DNA of 64,000 bases from the human T2T-CHM13v2.0 reference genome, Homo sapiens: NCBI RefSeq assembly GCF_009914755.1, contig NC_060927.1. The stretch is one strand, 5' to 3'. Each line of letters opens with the position of its first letter. Positions within the stretch are counted from its first letter, which is position 1. Shown here piece by piece: positions 1 through 13,908 of this stretch. The position numbers were made by a program, and so were the translations under genes. The notes beneath the pieces were generated by a model, which had not been told where the DNA came from, did not search any database, and saw only the letters and a list, made by a program, of their open reading frames with translations.

Positions 1-119
1 GCCATACCTAATCCTACTTGTTGGCAGAGAAAGATGAGAGATCTTGAAATGGCTCCCGTGCTCAAAGTATTTGTCAGTTTTCATAGAGCCCGAAGTGCCG
101 ATATTGAAGATGTATTTCT

Positions 120-903
<784 letters not shown>

Positions 904-1044
904 TTTCTGTTTTCAAACAATGATGTGTTTCTCGGACTCTAAGAAAATTTTCAGCAGAAGAAAAGTCCGTGATAATGGTGACTGGGGTAGTGCAGTAGTG
1001 GAAATAGCAGTGGAGAGGGGACGTATGAAGTTCTTAATCTGGAT

Positions 1045-1170
1045 CAAATACTGTGCTATGTACTTTATGTTCAATACATGTATTATTTTATTTAATCCTC
1101 AAAATAATCTCATGATTGTAAAATTCTTTTGTTTGATAATAACTTGCCCAAAAGAATAGGAGTTTTTAAA
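1045..1170 (-). mobile_element. MIR fragment
   Basis: 'actgtgctatgtacttta...tttaatcctcaaaataatctcatga' resembles the MIR 3' region, antisense. Confidence 0.55.
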
Positions 1171-1377
1171 CCCAAGAGCTGCCCGTGGAAGAAGCATTAT
1201 TAGAGCCATCAGGAAACAGGGCATTCAGTGAATTAGACCAAAACAATAGAAGGATGGATATTAGGAACACTAGAAGGGACACATCATGCTAACAACAAAA
1301 TGGAAAAATCATCTACTTCAGAGTTGTGTTGAGAGTCTCCTTGTGAATATCATTCATAATAAGAGAGCACTGACTTG

Positions 1378-1664
<287 letters not shown>

Positions 1665-2908
1665 TCAGAGAGGGCTGATTTTTGAATCAGCCATTCTAAA
1701 ACAGTGGACCTAGAAAGAAGAAATCTTCTACCAGTAGCCTTCTTTCTAGATAGCAATCCAACAGGCCAAAAGAAATTTGGGGTCTCATAATCTGATACCA
1801 ATATTTTCTCCTCAGTAGTGAAAAGATTTGAATTAATGCATTTACTCTAAGCTTGTTTTTAGGGAATGATGAGGTAATAGTTAAAGAAAGTAGACAACGG
1901 TTAAAGTAATAAGAAATGCTGAACTTCCAAAAAAGCTGGCCTTAATATTCTCCATCAACTGGCAGTGTTCCCAGTGATGCTTCTATCACAGACTGTGATA
2001 GAACTGGCATTACACAATAATCCTTTCTTCTTCAATAATGTAGTAAGACATCACATCCATATATTTCCCAAATAGGACTGCCACTGCATATCTAGTTAAG
2101 GAGCTATCATTCTACTGTTTCTCTTGAGAAATGACACTAAAGCAAAAAACTTTTAAGTTTTTGAGGGGTTCTATTGGCCACTTAAAATACCCTTGATATA
2201 TGACCAAAATTCATTTAACTAACTAAAAACAAATAGTTGTGAATTACATAGAGGGCTTCTCTCAGCCAGATGCTTCTCATAGATAATCTAATAAAGATCA
2301 TTGAAAAATAATAAAAAGTTGCATTTCTCACATGGAGGAGGACCCATAATACAGTTCATTCTAATACTGAGGGAGTGGTGCCCTCTAGCAGTGCATGTGA
2401 GAAATATTATCATTTAAGTATATTAAATACAGCAAATAAGGAGCTCCCAGTATCTCAGCTACTCTCAGACATAAGGGGCAATTTGACAGTTCTGAGCTAC
2501 TAGAAACTACTGAAGTTTCACTTCCATGTGCACTAATTTTTTAAGTGCCAGCGAAGGTTAGATTCTAATAGTGCCCTTCTGGGGATTTACCAATAACTTT
2601 TAAAACCTCATTACCTGTGAATGTCACATAGAACAGGTCCCTTTCACTTTTCCTTCAAACCTCCCCTAGGTCAGTGTTTGAGGATGAGAATAAAGGGTAC
2701 AAATAGGAAAAAGGATCATCCTACAAGCTGAACAGCATCTCTGGTGCAAAAGATGCTCACAAAATGGGAGAATGTTAAGAAATCCATTAATAGCTCAAGT
2801 ATTCAAAAACTGATGGAGTTCTGACAATTTTCCCTTAAAAGTACCACAGTTTATGGTTACAACTGATAAATTTGCAGGGTTAGATAACTTCAGAAGCTAA
2901 TTAAGTAA

Positions 2909-3240
<332 letters not shown>

Positions 3241-5029
3241 TGAATTTTTAATTCCATTTTAATTAGTGAAAGATGTTCCAGCCAGTCTTATCTCGATAAG
3301 ATATCCAAAAGATTATATGCACACCAATAGTACATTACAAATGCTTTTGAAACTGAAAGGTGTGTTTTCTGGTTTCTGTGTGTCTGATATGCTATTTCAA
3401 ATCCTGTAAAAGCAAAATGTAGTTTTTTGACAAATATGCCCATGTGTTGTGCACAGTTTGATTTATGTAAACTCATTTCAAATGCTACTGCAGAATTTCT
3501 CCTGAATGGATGAAAAATGTCCGCCTAAAGTGATAAAATTATATGTGTAGAAAGATACAGTTTTAAGAAGGGATTTTTATATGATACAGATTTGTAACTC
3601 TATTTCACAAAATATCATTTAAAAAAAAACTTCAAGAATACCTGACTTTTTTTTTTTACATTTTTCTGTCAGTTCAGGGGTTTGCATTGAGTTTGCTCTG
3701 CTGAAACACTTTTCTGTGACTTAGCTTATATGGGATTGGTAAGTAGGGGAATGATGTCAGTATAACATAGACCCTGGATTTGTTCAGGTATTTTACTAAG
3801 TAGCAGCAACCAAACACAAAGCCTACGAACACAGATTAACACAGCTAGCCAAGGGAAAATACCTACTGCACATGATTCCCATTCATGCCACATTCTTCCT
3901 GTTGGTGCAGTGTGGCCACGTACTCCAACATGGGAGTGCTTATTGCGTAATTCTCAATCTTTCTGCAATTTGCACTTATTTCATAGCTTAGCAATCTCAA
4001 CTCTTCCTTCTTTCTTCCATCAAGCTACCTTCTCATGCATGTGCACACACACATACACTGTATTTTTTGTAGTAGTTATTATGAATTTAACTTATCTTTT
4101 TAATCATGTTTATATTTAATTATGTTTGATAATTACTAGGATGGTTATTGTTTTTGTAGTGTTCTCGTTACATAAATATTGAGTAGGTGTCCTGACCCTA
4201 TCTTTTTCATAAACCCTACAATTTTTATTGCATGATTTTGCAGACCATAGAAGAAATGCGTTTATCTCATTAAAGCAAAAACATCTGTACATCTGTACTT
4301 GCACTCTACTTATTAATTGCACTTATTATCATTGAATTACTTCCAGAATTATAGACTTCCCTCATAAATCTGAGGTAAACAGATTGAGATATCAATTGCC
4401 TACTAGATTCATTTTTAAAATTTTACCTTCGCATGAGAATACCAGCCCCAGGTGTACATTGCATGGCCCTATTAAAAAGTGACCTCTCCATCTTTATTTG
4501 TTTCTAGGCAGTTACCGAAAGTATTTCCACAACAAAAGAATGTAATCAAGATTTGACTTGCTTCCACTGAAGCTTACTTTCATTTTTAAACATCATTAGC
4601 CTATGATTTAGGAACTTTTAAGAAATTGGCCCCCATTACCCCCCAAGCCCCCGCATTCACATAACACACACCTCAAGTTCTCCTTTAAGTAATTTGTGAT
4701 TTATATTTCAATTTTACATTCAACATGGTCTTAAATATTAAATTCCACCAGGTCAAACTGCAATGAGTCAGGGTTTTAAAATATGATAAAATTAAGATTC
4801 CAAGAAATGAATCCTTCCATTCCAAAATCTCTTCTTGCACATTAATTCAATTAACTCAGAAGAAAATAGATATTTTCCAGGAAAAATGTCTTTTATTTTA
4901 CTTTTGTGCGAATACAAATATGTATCTTTTGTTTTAGGAAAGAAATAATTCTCTGATAGTATTTCCATAGGACTATGTTACTGGTGTTAGCATGAGTGAA
5001 TTTTTTAGAACGCTAGTGGTGAGCATATA

Positions 5030-5235
5030 ATAGAGCTATCTCAACACCTACACTCCAAGAACAAGTCACAGCTTCTCCTAAATGAGCCAAGCATTGCATT
5101 AGGCACTTGCAGTGAAAAGCTAAACAAAACCCTGTGTTTAAGAAGCTTACGGAGAGTGACAATAGAGACAGTTCAGCATGTTCTCTAATAGAGATATATA
5201 TGAAGAGTGCTATGGGACAAAGCAGAGGTGGCGAC
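5030..5235 (-). mobile_element. L2 3' fragment
   Basis: 'gagccaagcattgcattaggcacttg...gaagcttac...agtgctatggga' resembles the antisense L2 3' end; degenerate. Confidence 0.45.
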
Positions 5236-5384
5236 CATATCAGAGAGCGAATGCTTTAACCTACACAATTAAAAAAAAAATCTTATGGCGTTCCTAATTT
5301 TGTTTCTTTCTCTTTCAATTTTCTGAAATTTTAAAATGTTTGTTCACTTGAACATACAATAAATTTTCTTTAAAAGAGTCCCTC

Positions 5385-5500
5385 AACAGGGAGATGAGAA
5401 TATTCTGTGTCTTGATCTTCATGGTGGTGTATACCAAATTCACCAAACTGTACACACACAAATGTACCTTTTACCAAATACAAATTATACCTCAAAGTTT
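5385..5500 (+). mobile_element. L1M (MC/ME) 3' end fragment
   Basis: 'gatgagaatattctgtgtcttgatctt...ggtggt...aaattcaccaaactgtacac...aaattatacctcaa'. Confidence 0.6.
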
Positions 5501-5602
5501 ACTAAATCCATCAAAACATACAGTGCTACATACTTTAAAAAAATTAGCTTCCTCCCTTTGATGACCAAGGTAGCAATAAGTGTATTAGAGAAAGAAAAAG
5601 AT

Positions 5603-5881
<279 letters not shown>

Positions 5882-5956
5882 AGAAAGAAAAAGACTAAGG
5901 AATTATCTCATGGAAGGCTGTCTTGCATAATAATTATTTTTTGTACTGTCTTTCAG

Positions 5957-6107
5957 CTGTAGGTCCAGATTTTTCAAGAACACTCTTGAAAAGAGTAACT
6001 CTTGTCAAAGTGGGAGGTGAAGTTGTCATTGAGTGTAAGCCAAAAGCGTCTCCAAAACCTGTTTACACCTGGAAGAAAGGAAGGGATATATTAAAAGAAA
6101 ATGAAAG
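5957..6107 (+). CDS. CNTN4: Contactin-4 internal coding exon (N-terminal half of an Ig-like C2 domain); phase 1 start, phase 2 end, 151 nt
   Basis: Translation (A)[49 protein letters not shown](R) is recognised as human contactin-4, with the Ig Cys and Trp. Acceptor ttttttgtactgtctttcag|CT has AG at 5955-5956; donor GAAAG|gtactg starts at 6108. Confidence 0.96.
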
Positions 6108-7319
6108 GTACTGTCTTGAATTATTTTCAATATTTGGTTAACCTGTAAAAATGTGTTGGTCTGTTATTAATAATTCTAAGGGGAAGGTGGGGTGACTATC
6201 TGCTGTTCCTGAACTAAGTGTTAAAAAAAGAACAGAAGCTTTGGAAGGATGAGTGGTAAGTTATTGATCTTTATAGTCCTTCTGGATTTGGGAATTCTAC
6301 AAAGCACTCCGTGCAGAGATAGATCACATGATCCCCGCTGAAGACTGCCAGAGCTGCCTGAAGATGAACAGTTAGAAACATCCTCCTTAATTTAAGCCTG
6401 AAATTTTTGTAGATTTCCCCACCTTTCCCCATCCTAAGTCCTTTGGTATATGTAAATAAGCCCATGTCTTATTTGCTATGACAACCCTTCAATTATTTGG
6501 CAGTGGCTATTATGTCTCCTGTTAGTTTCTCCTTTTTTGAGGCTGTCTCAAAACTCATTCAAAACTCATTCTTTTCAAAACTCATACTTCAAACAGCAGA
6601 GTGTTATGCTTTTTATTTCAACTACATATTTTTGAGAAAACAGGTTTTTTTTCTAATATCTAAACTCTTCATCTGTATATTTCTTATACATGAATTACAT
6701 TTAGAATGCATGTAGTGTATACAATGCAAATATATAGGAGTTATTTGAGGTTTTACATTAGCTTGCACGAAATGGCAGGTGTCTCTAAGACCTTTTCTTG
6801 GCTGTCACCCCTGTAAAATATCCCCTACCTTTTTCTATAATCTACTTAATCTGTTGCAAAATGGTAATTATGCGTGAATCTGTTTGTCACCTATAAGACA
6901 GGATTTGCCAGCTGTATATATAATGATTTTAATTAATGCTAAAGGTCAGGTACTCAAGGATGCAAGAAGGAAGCCTATAAAAATGTGTACGTATCTACCC
7001 TTTACACCTGTACACCTTTGGATTTGCATATACATATTAGACCTGATGATGATGGTGTTGTCCATTTTAATGTAAACCTGATATGGTTTATAAATGGTGT
7101 ATTCATACTTTTTTTTAACACTTGCTATGGACTAAGGAGTAACAAATGTATTAAATTTGTGGAATACATCCCTTTCTGATTTCTGGTGTATCAAGAAAGC
7201 AGTGTAGTTCATTGAATGTTGACATGGCATTCAAATTTGTAGCCAAACCTGAAAATCAATAGCATAATTGCTTATTTTGCAGTCTTCAACATGAGATTCA
7301 TTTTCTGTTTTATTTACTT

Positions 7320-7531
7320 CAGTGTTTCTTAAAATGTGGCACGTGAGATTACTTTTAATAGCTATGTACTTACTTTTAATATAGTTGAAATATAACTAGT
7401 ATGTACCACATGTATTTCTCAGAATAAGGCTACATTTTAAAAGTTTTAATTTTAAAATGACACTAAGAAAATAATAATATGGGTATTAGACATGTCAAAA
7501 ATCATGAATGAATAAAGTTATAATAACACTG
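7320..7531. mobile_element. Degenerate hAT-Charlie-type MITE
   Basis: Ends cagtgttt... and ...aacactg look like Charlie TIRs around an AT-rich interior. Confidence 0.4.
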
Positions 7532-7903
7532 TAGGTCAATCAGGAGAAGCTAAGCTATGCTACTGTAACAAGCAACCCTGAGTTCTGGCTTATAACAACA
7601 AAAGGCAATTTCTCTTTTGCACCTAGTGTACATCAGGGGTTTGGTAGTGGCTCTGCTCCTCTCTAAGGCCAGCCTGGTGGACCAAGATGCTCTGGACGTT
7701 GCCATTGCAGAAGGAAAAGAGCCAAACATGCATGGGTTCTTAAAGCCTCTACTTAGAAGTGCAACACTTGCACTTTCACTCACATTTCATTGGCCAAAAC
7801 AGGTCACATGTTCCTGCAACTCAGCAGGGAAATATAATCTTGCTATGTGCCTGGAAGAAAAGAGACAACCTAATATTTTGAACAGTATTAATGACTGCTT
7901 ACA
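7531..7903 (-). mobile_element. Ancient MaLR/ERVL LTR (MLT1I/J-like)
   Basis: 'ctatgctactgtaacaagcaaccc', 'cactcacatttcattggccaaaacaggtcacatg' and 'gaacagtattaatgactgcttaca'. Confidence 0.75.
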
Positions 7904-8309
7904 ACTGCTACAGCTTAACCATTGTTACAAGCTAATTAAATTACCTTTGGGGAAATAGTATGCCAGTATCAAGAATTCTATATGATATGTGAATTTAATT
8001 GATTGTTTCCACCACTTGACTTACCACAAAGCTTGTCTTTATCCAGATTTCATTCTATCTATTCCTGACTTGACTAATAAGGTCCAAATATGCTTCAACA
8101 TTTATTTTGCACTAAAATATATATTTAAACTGAGGAAACTCCCCATCATTACCTAATTCCTGCTATTTATCGCCTCCACCTTCTCTGTCAGCAGGCTAGT
8201 CCCAAACTATCAATATTAGCACTTATTCTCCACATGAGTGCTGTGTTCTCACAGTTCTGATCCTCGTTCCCACCTCACTCAGAATGTATTAACCAGATAT
8301 GATGATTTT

Positions 8310-8598
8310 GTTAATGTAAATGCATTAAAAAACTGGCCAGGTGTAGTATATAGGGGAATGCTGGGGACTTCAGTGTTTGCCCCATCCAAGGGAGACACCT
8401 GCCACTCAGCCATATGGAGACACAGGTCAGGTGCCTGCTCATCTTCTTGTTCTTCAAGAGAAACTAGAAATCTAGACTTTTGTTTGAGCTTCCATTTTTT
8501 AAATGTCAGCAACTAATTTTTATTTTGATGATGTACAATATAAACTGTGTGCTTATAGACCAAGTTTACTTCATGAGCCACGGGTTTTTAACTTCTGA
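8310..8598 (+). mobile_element. MER102-like hAT-Charlie element
   Basis: 'ttcaagagaaactagaaatctagactttt...ttttaaatgtcagcaactaatt' matches the MER102 core. Confidence 0.65.
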
Positions 8599-9785
8599 GA
8601 ACATGAAGTGGAACATTTCATAGTTTCTGAAATGGGTGAACAATAAGAAAGATTTTATGATTGTTTTCTCATTGGCAGAGAAGAGATTCTGCCATTTTTC
8701 TCATTTCTTTCTGATAGAGAAGAGGGAAAATTAAGTGGATGAGTGAGAAAAAGCAATTGTAGATGAAACTGATGAGTAAAAAATTTTAGAACCCCTATTT
8801 TGGGAAAGGATTGACCTGGTAGACCAACATGAAGTGCAAAATTCTTTGACTACACAGCTTTGAGTAATAATTTCTAATGCACTGCCTCATTAGCCTTAAT
8901 TCTCTTTTCAGATGTAGAATCTTAGGAATCAAAAGGCAAGTCTTTAACCTTTGATTAAAAATATTATTAATCCCTTAAGTAAAAAATACTGGCATAACAC
9001 AGTGAAACAACACTTTATGATCAAGCCCCTTTTATTAATGTTCTGCCTAGATTCTGTGTTTTGAAAGACTTTGCTAAACTCTTACTTATTGACATTTAAT
9101 TTCAATTTTAATTAATCAACTGCCTACAAATGAGTTTACAGTAGTGGTATTAGAAGCAATATTTTAAAAATTAAAAAGGTTTTGTCTCATCTAACCATGT
9201 GGTGATATTGTAGTTAGCTAAGTTGATATAGATTCAGAAACACTGATTTAACATTAACATGTTCGTTATCTTAAAAATATGTTTAAAATATGTTATTGTT
9301 TTGGCTTCCCATTCTTTTGGAAATATACAGCATATTCACACTAGCCTTATCTATGTTAATCCAAGCATCTAAATGAAAGATTGAAAAGTCAAGTAATTTC
9401 ATAGCATTCTTCTTGGGTAAGCAGAATATCCATAAACATAAAACATTTCTTATTGTCTTGTGTATGTCTCCAGCAATCAGTGTAGGCAATATCAGGCATT
9501 TAAAACAGGGAAGACCTGTCACACAGCTCAAGAGCTTTAGTCCTCAGGAGAGGTCTCTAGTCACCATAAAGGCAGTTGGAATCATTTGGATGAATTGAGG
9601 AATTAAGCCTACTAACTGAATAAGGTTGATTATTTTATTTACTGTTAGTTTTTAGACAGAAGGTACTTTGAGGCAGGTAAGACTGAAGTTGACCTATTAA
9701 AAACAAAAACATTAAAATACAGAAATAGCAGAATCATTAATAAAAATCCTAGAATCCTAGGATTATAAGGAGCTATACAACAATT

Positions 9786-10240
9786 GTATCAACCCAGGGT
9801 GGATGCTTTTGGTTACAAGTAAGAGAAACCCAACTCAAAAGGACAAACGAGAATTCATTGGCTCATGTATTTGAGAAGATCCAGGATGGATTGCAACTGC
9901 AGGTATGACAGGGCTTAGGTGCTCACACAGTATCATCAGGACTCTGTCTCGCTCTCTTCCTGTCTCACCTGCACCTTTGGCTGTTTTGGCTTCTTTTCCA
10001 ACAGGCTCTCCTCTCCTGCTAGTAGGATGACTACTGGAGCCATGTACTCACCCTCTTTTCCAATGTATCGCAATGTCCACTGATCAGGCAGACGTGAGTC
10101 ATGTGCTTATCCTAAGAGGCACATGGGGAAGCCCATCTCAAACCACATGGACTGAGAATGGGACAGGGGTTTTCCCAAAGAAATCGAGCTGCTATCACCA
10201 GAAGAAGAGGGAATGGATGCTGCGCAGAGGCTGATGCCAA
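9786..10240 (-). mobile_element. Ancient ERVL/MaLR LTR (MLT1K/L-like)
   Basis: 'ttggttacaagtaagagaaacccaactcaaa', 'catcaggactctgtctc' and 'agaagaagagggaatggatgctg'. Confidence 0.7.
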
Positions 10241-11953
10241 ACTCCCACCATAATTACAGAGCCCATCTTCCATGCCAGGGCAGGGATCCCCACAATGGCT
10301 GGGCCCACATCCTTCCCTGGTTACTAATAATGATGGAGACCTTACTAATTGTTAGATTATGTCCTTGCAACTTCCACTCATTTTTGGTTTCACTTTGTGG
10401 AATTTTACTGACAAATCAGATTGTTCTCCACCACCCCTCCCTTCCCTTTCTATACTGGGAGGCTACCCTATGTTCTCTTTCAATTCTTTTCTAAGCCCAG
10501 ATGTCCCCCTTGTATCTGATTTTCTTCAGACAGCGTTGTTTGGCATCCTCTCACTGTTTTGGTCATTTCCAAGCGGTTTTAATAAGGGAAAAAGTAGCTT
10601 TATTTATCTCCACAGAAAAGGATGATGATTATTATTGTTATACTAGAGAGAAAAAATGACCTTCAGCGAGTTTGGATTAGTAAGGCAAGCAAGTGAATGA
10701 TATAACATAGAAAGACCACTCCCTGCCAATGTTTATTTTTAAAAATTAATGTGGTGCTTAGACAAGAAAGTTTAGTTGTCTGGAAAAATCACTGAGACAA
10801 AATATTTTACTTTTCACCGAAGCCAAATAAATTAATAAACTGTCACTCTCATTAATGTTGAGTAAATAAAGTCTTCTTATTCTTATGCTTAAGGGTTTCC
10901 CCCCACCCTTTTAAATATTAGACTAATACATTATGTCAAGCAAATGGATAATAAGCAGGTATAGGTACGCCACTGAATTTTTCCAAAAAGAATCTCACAC
11001 CTACAGTCTGCATGTCGCAGGCTTGGGTTTAGAACAGCAGCATGACTCTGTTTTGTGAATCTAGCCAATTCCAGTTTCATTCCATGGATGCAGCACTCAC
11101 TGGGTATTTACCTTTGCTTAGCACTAGAGAGAGAGAAAAAAAAGGAGACATGAACCTAGCTAGCCCTCACGGTGCTCATAGACTAGCGCAGAGGCCCAGT
11201 AGCACAATATCAATATAAATTTGTCAACAATCCTGAGGCATATGTTATAAAGGTGATGTATTGAGAAGGACTACTGGAAAATGTAGGGCAGCGATAGATT
11301 GTGGAGGCCTTGTATTTTATGTCTGTGGAGTTTAGACTTGAATCAGAAGACCACGGACAGAATTGAAGGATTTTATGCAAGGGAGTGTGCAGTCATATGC
11401 ATGCTACAGAAAAATTACTGTGCCTGCAACATGCAGAAGGAATCAGGGTAGGGCAAGGTTGAGGATGCAGAGAGGGCAATTCCAGGTAGCAGTCTAGGAA
11501 GAAAATCACAACACGTGGATCACATCAGTCTCCTGAGAGTGAAAGAGAGAAGGGTGATATACGGACTATTAAAGGGTAGAACTGAAAACACTTAATGACC
11601 TAGTAAGTAGAAGGATTGAAAAAAGGAGGAGGAAAAAGAGGAAATGCCTCCTAGGATCCCATCTTTAGGAACTGACGAATGGCAGTTCCTAATACCACTT
11701 GCCGCAGTAGTAAACAGAGAAGGAGCAAGACTGAGAGGGGGCAAATAAAGAGGTTACTGTTAGCATGTTGAATGTGAGGTGCCTGCAAGTGGTGACGTCA
11801 TTCAAACGGGGATTCCCATTCAAGTGTCACCTGCTCAGAGACACTTTTCCCAGTAACATACTTAAAATGGTAAAACCCTCACCTTCTTTTCCTAATTTAT
11901 ATATTTTATAGTATTTGTCACCATCCCACATACTATGTATTAACTTTTAATTG

Positions 11954-12276
11954 TTTATTTATTTATTATTTTTTAGAGACAGAGTCTTGCTCCATTGCCC
12001 AGGCTGGACAGCAGTGGTGAGATTATAGCTCACTGCAGCCTTGAACTCCTGGGCAAAAGCGATCCTCCCACCTCAGCCCCCTGAGAAGCTGTGATCACAG
12101 GCACATGCCACCATGCCTAGCTAATTTGTTTTGTTTTGTTTCGTTTTGTTGCTTGTAGAGACAGAGGCTTGTTATATTATTGCCCAGGCTGGTCTTGAAT
12201 TCCTGGCCTTAAGCAAACCTCCTGTCTCAGCCTCCCAAAGTGCTAGGATTACAGGCAGAAGCCACCACACCTTGCC
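11954..12276 (-). mobile_element. AluJ with (TTTTG)n-expanded middle A-tract
   Basis: 'tagctcactgcagccttgaactcctgggc'; ends 'gccaccacaccttgcc'. Confidence 0.9.
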
Positions 12277-12424
12277 CACATTTTAACCTTATCATCGATC
12301 TTCTCCACCCTCCACCCATTGGATCGTAAATTCCATGAGAATAGAAATGTGTGCTGCATGTGCGTGCATGTGTGTGTGTGGCCGGGGTGGGGGGTGGGAG
12401 TTTGGCTTAAACAGTACAAATTTA

Positions 12425-12792
<368 letters not shown>

Positions 12793-12912
12793 CTAAAATC
12801 AAGGCTTCAGCAGAGATACACTCATTCTGGAGGCTCTAGGGGAGAATCTGTTTCCAGCTTCTACAGGTCACCTCCATTCCTTGGCTCGTGGTCCCTTCGC
12901 TCCATCTTCAGA

Positions 12913-13908
12913 GCTTAATGAAAAAGTGAGGGAGGCAAGTCTTAATCGGTAGAGGTTTATTTCGCCAGGGTTGAGGACATGGCTGGGAAATACATACGTC
13001 ACTGGAGCATCTGTTACTGGTGCTCTTCCAAAAGGGGGTTTGAGGATTTTTCAGTATTTAAAAGGGAAAGAGCAAGCAAGAGAGAAAAAAAAGGAGGGAG
13101 GGTGGACAAAGATGCAGATGCTTACAGTCTTTATTTATTTATTTATTTATTTAGAGACGGAGTCTCGCTCTGTCGCCCAGGCTGGAGGGCAGTGGCGCGA
13201 TCTCGGCTCCCTGCGAGCTCCGCCTCCCGGGTTCACATCATTCTCTTGCCTCAGCCTCCCGAGTAGCTGGGACTACAGGCACCCACCACTATGCCCGGCT
13301 AATTTTTTGTATTTTTAGTAGAGACGAAGTTTCACCGTGTTAGCCAGGATGGTCTCGATCTCCTGACCTCGTGATCCGCCCGCCTCGGCCTCCCAAAGTG
13401 CTGGGATTACAGGTGTGAGCCACCACGCCCGGCCCAGATGGTTACATTTTTATGAGGCTGTGATCGGCCTCAGGAAATGTACATTTTACGTGTGAAAAGA
13501 GGGCATCAAGGAAAAAGTCAGTTATGCATTCGTCGCAGGGTCAGCCAAGGGATAATTTCTGGTTTTGTCCTTTTCCTCTCCGTGGGAAGATAAGCTGGTA
13601 ATTGACGTTGTCAGGGTGAGATTCAACGGAATTTGGTTTTAGGGCTAGTTTATACAGGGGATATGTATCCTGAAAGATTTAGGGGCTCACAAGGAATTTC
13701 ATTTGTGACGCAGGCCATCTGGGGAGATACGTGGCCTTCTGTCATTGTGGGAACCTGGCTTATGGGTGAGGCTGTGATACAGGGTTGTGAAATTACAGCT
13801 ATCGGTCTGGGAACAAAAGGAAAGCAGTGTTGCGTGACTCAGTTCCCAAGCTTAACTTTTTCTTTGGCATAGGGAGTTTGGAGTCCCAAGATTCTATTTT
13901 CTTTCACG
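12913..13908 (-). mobile_element. MER4-family ERV1 solo LTR, split by AluY
   Basis: Right end 'ttcccaagcttaactttttctttggcatagggagtttggagtcccaagattctattttctttcac' is the reverse complement of the MER4 LTR start. Confidence 0.8.
13130..13434 (-). mobile_element. AluY with (TTTA)n tail
   Basis: 'caccgtgttagccaggatggtctcgatctcctgacctcgtgatcc'; degenerate TSD cagatg(c/g)ttaca. Confidence 0.96.

Noticed and set aside
5923-6141. 72-aa ORF as a standalone gene
   Set aside because: Only 5957-6107 is coding. The flanks ([11 protein letters not shown] and [10 protein letters not shown]) are intronic read-through beyond canonical splice sites.
7617-7958. 113-aa ORF
   Set aside because: Lies in an antisense MaLR LTR, starts at a non-ATG codon and is out of frame with the putative cryptic splice.
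12384-12398. G-rich runs as G-quadruplexes (also ~31573 and the C-rich 35263-35296)
   Set aside because: Short or marginal, mostly within or next to repeats, with no functional context.
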